From Balanoglossus misakiensis (lineage: Eukaryota > Animalia > Hemichordata), in assembly GCA_040954595.2 (NCBI GenBank), contig CM082588.2:4218156-4282155 (forward strand): a DNA stretch of 64,000 nucleotides. The letters run 5' to 3'. The position numbers were made by a program, and so were the translations under genes. Shown piece after piece: positions 30,483-42,000 of the stretch. Below the pieces are notes generated by a model that did not search any database, was not told the DNA's origin, and saw only the letters and a program-made list of their open reading frames with translations. Each line of letters starts with the position of its first letter. Position 1 is the first letter of the stretch.

Positions 30483-31816
30483 ATGAAAACCTTTGCAGTT
30501 TTCTTGGGTATTTTGGTTCTCGCGGAGAAGGTACAGTATAGTATATGAATGCAACTTTGATCCTTAATACTAGTAAATGCGCTGATTTTAATGTAAATGT
30601 CGTCATCTCCAAGTACTTTTGGCTAGAGCTGTTTATATTTGGTTGTGGGTATATGCAGTGCCACATAGAGAATAGATAAGTATTGTGGAGTAACATTCAC
30701 CATTCTGGCGAAATCTACTCGACCAAACATCACAAATCTTTAAGTCTCAATGACTGAACTGTGATTTGATATTTCCGAGTTGTAGATGTCAGCCTATCGC
30801 CAAGATCTCATGCGTTCAGTAGTCATTCTCTACGTCTGATGATGTTCCAGGGTTTGGGTTCCAGTCCCACAGCCATGATTGGCGTCGGAGAGGACAACCG
30901 ACTGTACACTCGCAGCAAGGAGAACGGCTCCTGGAGAGTAGCGGCCGGGGAAACGTGCTGCGTCATCGCCGTGGCCGAGATGCCGGACGGGTCCCTTCTG
31001 GGAGTCGGTGAAGACAATCAGCTGTACACCAAGCAAAAACCTGGCGTCGGGGAGTGGGAGGGACCCATCCCTCGTAGCTGTTGTCTGATCGACATCGCCG
31101 TGATGGACGACGGTACTATTTTCGGCGTTAACATGAAGAGGAGGCTGGTCGTCCGCTCCGACCTCGAGAGCGACTGGGTCCAGCCACCCAAGGCCTGTTG
31201 CACCAAGTCCATCAACATCCTCCCCGACGGCCGGCTCATCGGACTGGCCAAGAACGGCAGACTGAGGATCCGCAACGAAATCGGAGGCCGGTGGTCATAC
31301 TTCAAATCTCTCGGTCCAAGAATGCGTGATGTCTCTGTCGACCCACAGGGCAGCGTTTACGGTGTCAGCTCGGAGACTTGTGGTGTATACAAACTGGACA
31401 AAGAAGCAGGCACTTGGGAAGATGAACTCCAAAGCAGCGAGTGTATGCTTAACATCGTGTCTACTGACGCACTAGGTAAGGCATCGTTCAAACATATAGG
31501 CAGATTTACTTTCAATTGAAATTACGCAAAGTGCCAACATGCAAACACCAAACAAAACGCGGTAGGCCTAATTATTTGTGCGTGGACAGCAGAGTTAGAA
31601 GACTTACTTTGGTCCAAAATCACTGGCATCACCAAAACTTGGCGTGTGCAGACTGACAAAGGAGAGTTCATTTGTCAAGACCAGTTCAAACTTAACTTAT
31701 GACGTCAGCCACTGTCTTACATGATTGTGGAACTACAAAAATTAAAACTTAATCATAAACTCGCAGATTACATTTCTTGTTCTCATTTCTTTACAGTTCC
31801 TCCAAATATCGAATAA
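30483..31816 (+). CDS. Secreted five-repeat beta-propeller protein, paralog 3, 230 aa
   Basis: Exons 30483-30530 (MKTFAVFLGILVLAEK), 30851-31475, 31797-31816; TATATAA at 30371. Confidence 0.88.
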
Positions 31817-32273
31817 TAAGTAGACTTCAACGTCGGCTTAGATGTTAAAGGTAAGCGAATACAAGCAAGTTGGAATTGCTGTTGACGTTCGCATAAAACA
31901 GTTGTCAGAATTGAACTAAACAAAAGCAAATTAATTGCTTTTTTCCCTTGCAGACGCTGTCCAGTTGTTTTGAAAATTATCTCCTACGTCATAACAGAAC
32001 CGTGACCCCTGTCTCCTGCTTAGCTACTTATCTGACGGATTCGACGAATAACTTGGGACCCAGCTTTTGGTTTCAGATCGTGATTTCGATTATAGAATGT
32101 GTTTCTCTGTAAGATCTGGTTTTTAATTCTTTGGTCTCGAATAAAATAAAATCTTTGTGGTATCAACACAGCGGTAGTCTTTCTTTTTTTTTCTTGGGCA
32201 AAGATCCAAGGAAACAATACACTTTGGGTCTGAACGTTTAACTGATTATGAACCACGAAAACGGTGATATTAA

Positions 32274-32447
32274 AGGTATACGGTCACCTATACAAATTTA
32301 GCCACAGTTACCATGGTAAATCGAGATCTAACCAATCACAGATTTTCAGTGGGTGGCACACGCGAAAATAAAGTGTTCTTTAGAACACTCAAATACGCCA
32401 TTTCAACTATATATGGCGATATGTAAATTGGAGGTGACCGTATACCT
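32274..32447. mobile_element. Kolobok-type MITE (TTAA TSD, purine-start TIR)
   Basis: Perfect 16-bp TIR AGGTATACGGTCACCT flanked by TTAA on both sides; a related end TTAAAGGTGCACAGTCACCT occurs near 62539. Confidence 0.75.
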
Positions 32448-32451
32448 TTAA

Positions 32452-32637
32452 GGGACTGGTCAGTTGCTGCGGCCTGGAGGGGGCTCTTGGATTATATTTT
32501 GTGGATATCAAAAAGTGGCCTACCCCCCCCCCCCTTCATTGAACATGGAAAAGGGGGCGACACCCCCCCCCCCCATTATCAAATGACTTTCCCCATGAAT
32601 CCACCACAATCCCCGGCAGAATAAACTGACCAGTTGC
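32452..32637. mobile_element. PIF/Harbinger-type MITE abutting the Kolobok MITE
   Basis: Imperfect TIR GGGACTGGTCAGTT / AACTGACCAGTTGC, TAA on both sides, internal G/C runs. Confidence 0.55.
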
Positions 32638-33067
32638 TAAGGCCACATTTGTCGTTCCTGACCAGTCATGAGCTGGCACTTGATCAAGTTCAGTGATTGA
32701 CAGGTTGACAGCTTGAGTGAGACAATAAGGTACTCAATTTGCGTTCCATGCGGACGTAAGCTTGTCATTTGACACGACCGTGTCACTCTCATGTTACAAT
32801 TAAATCCCCACATATTGTCGCTACCCAATTGGTCTAATAATGACGGTGACAGCTCAAATCGCTTCGCAGTGACACGCCATTGTTTGCTCATTCCGGCCGT
32901 ATGCTAGGTACAGATGGCCACAATTCGAGTTAATGGACTTTTCACTGAAATTAATTATCTAAGAAAATGATTACATAATCGTCTATATAAGAAGAGTTAA
33001 TACCTAGACCGTTCAGTCGTTTTTCGATTTCATTGGTGAATGCTTCTCTAAAGTTTACCACTGAACG

Positions 33068-33994
33068 ATGAAAATGCTTGCCGTGTATCTGTTATGTTTA
33101 GTCTTCGTGCAAGAGGTAAGGTGTTTTGCGGATCATCATCATCATCACCATCACCAACACCATCACCATCACCATCACCATCATCATCATCATCATCATC
33201 AATAAAGACCGTTATCATCATCAACATCCCAATTCTTTATTCAGGCCTATGGTTCTGCCATGATTGGCGTCGGACAGGACAACCGATTGTACACTCGCAG
33301 CAAGGAGAACGGCTCCTGGAAAGTAGCGGCCGGGGAAACGTGCTGCGTCATCGCCGTGGCCGAGATGCCGGACGGGTCCCTTCTGGGAGTCGGTGAAGAC
33401 AACCAGCTATACACCAAGCAAAAACCTGGCGTCGGGGAGTGGGAAGGGCCCATAGCCCGAAGCTGCTGCTTGCTAGACGTCGCTGTCATGGAGGACGGCA
33501 CCATACTCGGCGTTAACAAAGGCAGGGATCTGGTTTACCGCCCAAATCTGCAGAGTGACTGGATCCAGCCAGACAACGCCTGCTGCACCAAGGCCGTCAA
33601 CGTGATGCCTGACGGCAGACTGCTCGGTCTGGCCAAGAACGGCAATCTGAGAATCCGTGACGGGATCGAAGGGACGTGGTCTTACTTCAAATCCGACGGG
33701 CCGAAGATGAGCGACGTTTCCGTCGACCCTGTGGGTGCCATCTACGGTGTGAATGAGCAGACTTGCGGCGTGCACAAACTCGATGGTGACGGCAACTGGG
33801 GGGAGGAACTCCCAGGAAGTGACTGCGTCATAAACATAGTGTCACCGGAACCCTTAGGTACATGTATAGAACTTAATATCATCACCATAATCACAGAAAG
33901 GTACCATTCAGCGTCCAAGCAAATGCTCCAACACACTAACAAATTTGCTCTTACTGTATTTTCTTTACCAACAGTTCCGCCAAATATCGTTTAA
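33068..33994 (+). CDS. Secreted five-repeat beta-propeller protein, paralog 4, 226 aa
   Basis: Exons 33068-33115 (MKMLAVYLLCLVFVQE), 33245-33857, 33975-33994; TATATAA at 32984 and Inr-like TCAGT at 33013. Confidence 0.88.
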
Positions 33995-34791
33995 ACTCAT
34001 TCAAGCGGATGTACATGTACTCTGAGAAATGTCAAGGTAAGTGTACTAGTATTATATATGTACATATACTTATCTATTCACCCTTTCTCTATCGAAAGTT
34101 ATTGCTGATTCATCAAACAGTTACTAATTGGTCTCTGTTTTACTTTACTATTTACAGGATTGGTCATGGCAACCTGAAATCTAGTGAAGTGGACGTTACT
34201 TATTCCCTGCCAAGTGACTTACCCCGGATCTCCTGCGTGGAGCATCATATTATTTTATTCAATCTGATTCTGAATTCCATTTTAATCCGCATCATGCATG
34301 TATTATTCTTCATCACAAGTATGAATAAACTTGTTTAAAGGGGAATAATCGTCTCTGAGTCATTTTGTGTTTCCTGTGAACTTATATGACTCACAAACTT
34401 TTAACTCACCACTCATTGTGTCAACAAACAGTCAATTGCCATTGTATCGTGGGATGATTATTGAAATATCGTCAAAACTTTACATATGAAGGAATGGTAA
34501 TATGCAAGCAGTTAATTTTACACCAAATGTCGACAGTTGATTTAATGGGGATGTTTATCATATTGTACGCTGCTATCCATTTACTATATCAGCCCCATTC
34601 ACCACAAATACAATGTAAAACATTCATAAATGGCACAGACAGATTTTAAACATGTTGTAATTGAATAGAGGCCCATTAATCGTGCAGATAATCTCAACCG
34701 TATATAAGGTTTCTCCAGAATTTGCACTAATTCACTTCTTTGAAATACATGTACTGTAATTTTACATGGTCCTAAGCTTAAACGCTGCACT

Positions 34792-35941
34792 ATGATGAGA
34801 CTTGCTATATTTCTAACAGTGGCAATGCATATTCACCAGGTAAGAATTTTTATTGTTGTCAAAAGCCGTGCGTTCACAGCTCTTTCCTGAATATAAACTA
34901 ATTTGTTCAATATTATAGACCGCGAAACTCGAAACCCTTAATGTCATTGCTGGCCAACAGGCGAGTGACTACGAAATTCGCTCGGGGTAAAGTCATATGT
35001 CTCTACTGTCAGACAATTCACTGGCACTAGGTTTTGTTTTGCTGGTAGAGTCATGTATTTTCACTTCTGTTTCTTCCACCGGTCATATAACAGTCCAGTG
35101 GCCAACCTGCAATGATCGGGGTCAGCCATAAACACCAACTGTTCACACGGAGCGTCAGAAACGGCGCGTGGAACCCGGCCTCCGGTAAAACCTGCTGCGT
35201 GATCGCGGTCGCCCAGTTGCGCGACGGGTCCCTGGTGGGAGTCGGCGAAGACAACCAGCTGTACACCAAGCAAAAACCGAGTGTGGGGGAATGGGAGGGC
35301 CCTATTCCCCGTAGCTGCTGTTTGATAAACATCGCAGTGTTACCCGGGGACATTATATTAGGCGTCACGATGAAGAGGAAACTCGTCTACCGCACCGACT
35401 TGGAGAGCGACTGGATCATGCCGGACAACGCCTGCTGCGTCAAGGACATCGCGCCGCTGAAGGACGGGCGCCTGCTCGGTCTCAGCAGGGACAACCACCT
35501 CAGCATCCGAGAGGGCATCGAAGGAGAGTGGAAATTCTTCAAGGATTTCGGCCACAAGGTCGATACCATTGCCGCCGAACCCAGGGGTGTCATCTACGGT
35601 GTCGACAGGGACACGTGTGAAATGCACACCCTGGGCGAAACTGGAATATGGCAAGACCCCGCAATCCCGAACAGCAAATGTATGGTGGATATCGTTTCTG
35701 TCGGAGTCTTGAGTAAGATGCCTCCATCAAATTCAGTGATTTCTCTACAAAGCCAACCTCTGTCACACAGTGTAACTATTGGTCTCAGGGGTTTATTACA
35801 GTAAACAAATCTTACGATGCTTAATTTGAAGCTTTTACGTAGAAATATCAAGTGTGTGCAATATATTTCTGCCATTGGCACTTAAAATATAATATTTTAA
35901 AGAAAATATTTCTCTTTGTAATAGGTCCACCAAACTACTAG
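34792..35941 (+). CDS. Secreted five-repeat beta-propeller protein, paralog 5, 227 aa
   Basis: Exons 34792-34839 (MMRLAIFLTVAMHIHQ), 35094-35712, 35925-35941; TATATAA at 34701. Confidence 0.86.
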
Positions 35942-35983
35942 TGTGACGACCTTAACCTATAGCCAACTCAGGTAAGTCAAGAT

Positions 35984-36680
35984 TGTTACGACCCGCAGGC
36001 CGTCCGAGCCAAAAATATGCGGAGAATACAGAGGCCAATTTACCTGACCGGGTGGCTTGTTTTACACCCGAACCGGCCAACAAGCCGCAACAAAAGAAAT
36101 GGTCAAAGACAGCACACGTACAACATACCAGTCTATCTACAGTGTTAATTCAATTGCAGATACGAGTAATATTCCCAATATGTTAACTAATTGTTACAAT
36201 AAACTACAAACTAAACTCGAGCGTGACCAGGTGACCAAAACAAAATTCCTAACAAGTTCTTAACGCCAGTGTACAATTAAAGACAGCCACGTATTACCTC
36301 AAATGCAGTTCCACCGTGTAGTCCACAGACAGCCACGTATTACCTCAAAAGCAGTTCCACATTGACACGGAGACGCGCTCCCTCAGGACGGCTCCCAAAC
36401 CCCACGCGGCGTCCTCGAAAACATCCACCACGGCTTCACCGAGTCCCTTCGGCAGTGTCAATCTTCAGCTACCACAGTCGACAGGCAAACTCCGTACGGT
36501 GGGCTCCAAAAACTCGGCACAGCTACCAGACCAGAATCAAATGAGTCACACGACAACATGGCACTGGGTGGCTCTTACGACCAAAACTAATTAACACCTG
36601 GTCACGCTAATATGTTAAATAAGGAAATCAACATAGGTGCACCTGGCCACGAAACAAAACAAATAATAAACTTCATCACA
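35984..36680. mobile_element. Possible solo LTR in the 3'-UTR intron of paralog 5
   Basis: TGTTACG...CATCACA (TG..CA) ends, about 700 bp, more GC-rich than its flanks, internal duplication with 46-bp period (36281/36327). It accounts for this intron being much longer than in the sister genes. No clear TSD. Confidence 0.45.
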
Positions 36681-38399
36681 ATGGGGACAGATTTTCAGAA
36701 ACATGGCCGTCCCCAAACTTTCCAATTCTTTGTTATATTAATCCTGTGAGGAGACGGAGGTACAATGTACCTGTTTTAACCAAGACTTTCACATGTTTCT
36801 TCCCTACAGGTAATGGAATGGGGTTATTTTGCGACACGTAATAGAAGACGATTTTAACTGTCACTTGCCATATTCCAGATCAGGAAGTAGAGCATGCGCA
36901 CTGAGCTTTCGAATAGCATTATATTGGTCACTCTTCAACTCTACGACGAATTGACGTCAAGATTTGTAACGAAATTACTGTGTATGTGATATTTGAGATC
37001 ATCTTCTACCGAAAAGTTATTTGAACCGATAATATCACGTGAATTTTCATTTTTTCCTTCAAATAAATTTTCTTACCCTGATTTAGACACATCTATGTGT
37101 ACAATTATGGTTTATGGGCGTGTCTAGTAATTCGAATCTGGGATTTCATATTTACAATTCCAGACCAATTTTGTCTTTGTCCTTTCCTTTAAAACGAATG
37201 TATATCAGCAGATAATAAATATTCACGTGATTTAGATTCGTGTTATTCGTTTTTCTATCTGGTCCTTCGCAACCTTCTTTTCTATGCTCCGATTTAGCTT
37301 TTACACTGGCAGATACTGTGTCAAGACCAAGCGTTTCCGGTCCTCTTGCATAATTTATCGATGGTCTATATAACACACACTTGCGTTTTAAATTAGTAAA
37401 ATCGTTCATCAGTCACTTCTAAACATATGACGCTCATTAAACGGAAACTCATTTTCCGAACCATCGATTTCCAAAAGTCGTTGGTGTAGCCAAACAATAG
37501 TTAGAACACTCAAAGCCATGATATATGGCGAAACAAGAACAATGGTCACAAACAATGACGCGTGGATGTGATTCTTTTGGATCACAATAAAGCTGGAAAA
37601 GCTGGTCGCTAAGTTGAAGATAATGAATGATTATGTACCCGGCGGACACATCTAAACAATCGTAGATAATACTAGAAATCACTATGAAAGACCAGCAATG
37701 ACGTCATCAGTAAGTAACCATTTGCTCCTATGCGCAGATGGCGGCTTGTCAAACGAATCAGTGATATTTGAGATACCAGTAGTAAGTAATAATTCTTTCA
37801 GATAATCTTTCACTGACATCGCATAGAGAGTTGCAATATTTTTTAACAGAACGATTTTCATGGCGCACATATGTAGTTGGCAAAAATCAGATGTAGATCA
37901 AAAACGAATGCGCACAAAACCCTGATAACACTCAAAATGGCAACTCGTAGGAATTTGATGTTGATGGCTGTGTATGCGTATACATGTATCATGCATGTAT
38001 GTATTATGTATGCGTCAGATTAACAAGTCAGTAAGGTCACGTGTTTGTTGGCCTGGCAGAAATGAGTTTACTCAGATTTCGTAACGACTAAACTACGCCG
38101 AAGGACAAATATGAGAATAAAGACGTCAGCACCAAGTGTCGGTGGGATCCCCGGAAGCTAAAAGGACAATGTTTGGCAATTAATAAAACAATTCTCCCAC
38201 AATAGGACATATGGCGAACGGTAATCAATAAATTACACAGATTCAAGGTAATTTTCACGGGATAAACCCACAAAAACAACAAAGGCGTTGCACTTGATTA
38301 AAGATGGTGCCATATTTAAAGGGAGGGCACTGAAAAAAAGCTGGTAATTTGGTTTGTGGAATCTCGCGGAGGTTGAGTTTGAGACAGTTGACGCACAAG

Positions 38400-39429
38400 A
38401 TGAAAGTGTTAGGCCTACTGCTATTCTCTGCGCTTCTCGTAGAAAGGGTAAGTTCACCTACCATTTGTGCATGTGCATTTTGTCAAGTGCACTTTTTACA
38501 GTGATAATGAGTTTGAGAAATGGCATCTCATAGTTAAAGAAACATTAAACAGTAGTATCTTTGATTTCTGTTTTTTTTCTTCAGAGCTATGGTGGAAGTC
38601 CGGCGTCCATGATTGGAGTGGGCGAAGACAATCAACTCTACACTCGCAGTAAAGAGAACGGTGTCTGGAAACTGGCCAGGGGTGACTCGTGCTGCGTCAT
38701 CGCTGTGGCCACGTTGCCGGACGGAAGCCTGGTGGGAGTCGGCGAAGACAACGAATTATACACCAAGCGCAAACCGAGCGTCGGGGACTGGGAAGGTCCC
38801 GTCCCCGGCGGCTGCTGTGTCCAAGACATATCGGTCATGGCCGACGGTACCATCATCGGGGTGGACATGAAGAACAAGTTGGTCTACCGCCCCGACTTGG
38901 AGACCGAGTGGTCCCTGCCGGCCAAGCCGTGCTGCATCACCGCGGTGGACGCCACCCCCGACGGCAACATCCTGGGCGTCGCCAGAAACGGTAAGCTGAG
39001 GATCCGCGACGGCATCGACGGTCGGTGGAAGTACTACAGGACCATCGGGACCAGAATGAGGGACATCTCCGTCGGGCCGGAGGGCACCCTCTACGGTGTT
39101 GCTAGGGACGAGTGCGGAGTTCATCGTCTGGGGGGCAACACAAGATGGCAAAGAGAGTTGACTGGAAGTAGATGCATGATCAGTATAGCATCGTCTTCTT
39201 CTCTGGGTAAATAACATTTTAAAAAATCACTGTTTTTGCTCTGCGTTTTCTGTGCTAAAACTGTGGCTGTCTGTAAATGTGAAATAACGAGAAATAACGA
39301 ACGCATCATCGAAGCAAAATAAGATTAAAGTTTGGCAAACATGTAGAATAATATTGTAGAATGCACATCATAATGCATTATTTTTTACATTGTGTAGCGC
39401 CACCAAACATCCCAGCGGATGAGGAGTAA
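38400..39429 (+). CDS. Secreted five-repeat beta-propeller protein, paralog 6, 233 aa
   Basis: Exons 38400-38447 (MKVLGLLLFSALLVER), 38585-39206, 39398-39429; TATTTAAA at 38313. Confidence 0.88.
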
Positions 39430-40145
39430 GGCATGTCTGGCAGCTTGTCGACAAATTATCTTGCATGGTAAGTAGTCTGTCTGTCTCTTTCTCTCTTCCC
39501 CATTCTCTCTCGCTGCGTGTGTGTTCATTTAAAATCTCAAACATTGAGTATTTTTACGTCAATTTTGCAATGACTTATTGTTGGTAACTGTTGTTTTTTC
39601 TTCCTTTGAACATTCCAGCACGGGGACATCTTTGAATTCGGTATAGTGTATACATGTATAGCGTATCAGATCTCATGCCGCTGGGTGATTAGATGTGGTT
39701 CTGCCCTCGCCGTTTATCAAGTTTCTTTCGTAAAACACGATTTCGAAGATTCGTGTTTGAATTCTATTTACTTGGGTTCGCTAATAAAATCTCATGAGGC
39801 AAAATAATAGATATCTGGTCAGATCTTTGATTTGAGTGGTGTGCATGTTCTACAATTTCTTCGTCTTCTGCACAGGGTAAACGAGAGACAGTCGTGCGAA
39901 CATCCTCAAAACCTGATTCTCCTACAAAAATTATACAGTTATGAAGTATTGGACGTGTACACGCATGTGGATGCGTTAGCAGTGGCACCGTTGTATATAC
40001 TGACGGTGAATTTCCCGGGAGAAAATGCTAGCAGTAATGGTATAAATAAAGTCAATTATCAACGCAAATGCCTTGTTGAAGCGCTTGCAATCTTTCCAAT
40101 CCAGTTTCCTCTGTGTGTCGCGTGTGGTTTTTATGTTTTCAATCT

Positions 40146-40159
40146 GTTGCCATGGTGAC
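40146..40159. promoter_or_regulatory. RFX X-box-like motif upstream of the DTHD1-like gene
   Basis: GTTGCCATGGTGAC; similar motifs at 48125, 49670 and 50574 in the large intron. Confidence 0.35.
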
Positions 40160-40819
40160 TGTCAAACATCATGACCCCGAACTGTAAATACAATTATCGC
40201 TGCAGTCCCTCTTGGTTGAAATCAGAACGAAGTGCGTGCTCGGATGTTATTGTGCCAGCGGAAAGAATAAAATTATGGGATGTTGTGATTGATGAGGCTG
40301 TGTGTAGCAACAAGCGTCTGAAGTGTGAAGCTGAGAGATTAGGGTAAAAGATCGGTTATACCACTGTGTCCCTCAAGAAAGGTGGCATTATGAAATCAAT
40401 CAATAAATCTGTTAGGGTCAAGCAATATTAGTGACGATGTGTGTATTGACAGACGCAACGCTCAAACACGCCCTGATTTAATGATTGTTGGTGGTGACGA
40501 CGACGACTGTCTTGTATAATGCGCCCCCGGGGCTTCTACTGACTTGTCACATTTATGAAACACGATTTTTTTTCAAAACACGTTTTTTCAAACGAAATTC
40601 TGGTTGTCCTGGCCGGTTTCGGATTCATCATGCACATTTTCTCACCAAGACTCACATTCATGCGGTCGCATATCAGAGAGACGGGTGAATAACACGAGGT
40701 CCCCATGATCATATCACACAGGTGGTTCTTGTAACGACGCCAAATCACTGTGACGCGGTCAACGCGGCCGCTATTCAAACAAACGTGGCTGCCAACTCGA
40801 AAATATTTCGCTATTATAC

Positions 40820-42000
40820 CACGGTTACTAGAAGAAGACGGTTAGGAAACTATTTTTTCTCCATTGTTAGATGCTCGCCTCGGTAAACACTTAGTGTAAA
40901 CGAAAGATATCAGGTGCTAACGAGCCTGGCCGTACGAATAAACAGACAGAATAACTGACCGCTCGGTAAAAATGACGTCATTCCCCCCACAATCCAATGC
41001 AAACCATACTCAATTTTGAACTTTCAAGGACGTGGTGAAGCCATACAATATTTGTCTTGAATCAAGCCCTAGAGATTCGATGCGAACCAAAACAAACAAG
41101 ATGGCCGCCATACATCAATTGTACTACGGTTATCGAAATGCGTATGAAATCTCGACGAAATATGCCACATGGAATTAACGAAATAGCCCATGCACTACAA
41201 AAAGGAGTAAAATATATAAATATATTAAAAAATAACAGAAATGCGACCATCAGAGTTGAATTCTAGGGGTTCAAAATTCGACGCCATTTTGAATCTTGGA
41301 ATAATGTCCTTTTCACGACCACTATTTTAATTCACGGCGTTTGGTGCGTTTGCTTCCACTAAACCATATAAAATGTAAATTTCCAAGCCGAAAGATAACA
41401 GTCTACCATATGGTAACTGATAGAGTAGTAATCAGACGAAATTTTGTTTCGGTGACGGACTTATAGTTAACCAGCCCAAGAAACGTTGATAGAAAATGAA
41501 ATATTGGAACACTCGGAACGGGCAGTGATATCGCGGTTACAGAGTGCCCGAACCCGAACAGACTATGACCGTGCACTCCGTAAGCATATATGGAACTCGT
41601 AAAAAAAAATGACTATGTACTCTTGACGAAAAAGGGCAGTTGAAGGGGTTCAAAAATTAGCTAGGTCATCCAAAGTCGCCATCAGGCTCTTATGATTTAG
41701 ACATCATAAAACACAATCAAGAATTTGACCTCAGAACTGGAAGAATCTGTATGAAATACCCATCGTAGAATAGAAAAGACGTTCACCCAACAGTACGATC
41801 TGTTCAAGCGATAAAATCCACTTCTCTTGGCTGCAATTTCTGGAATGTGCAGGAACACACCAGAGCGTACCCACGCCACAAACCCAAGCTGTGACGTCAT
41901 CAACGCGCGTAGCGGTTCGGACATGGACTCTCCTAGCTAACACCTCGTTCACACCTTCCGAACAATAGAGTTTCCTAACCGTCTTCTTCTAGTAACCGTG
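40820..42000. mobile_element. 1181-bp non-autonomous DNA transposon, P-element-superfamily-like
   Basis: Perfect 32-bp TIR CACGGTTACTAGAAGAAGACGGTTAGGAAACT (40820-40851 / 41969-42000); 7-bp TSD ATTATAC on both sides; no long ORF. Confidence 0.88.

Noticed and set aside
39832-39885. Possible seventh signal-peptide exon of the cluster (..CACAGG|GTAAAC)
   Set aside because: Too short, wrong phase, and no propeller exon follows.
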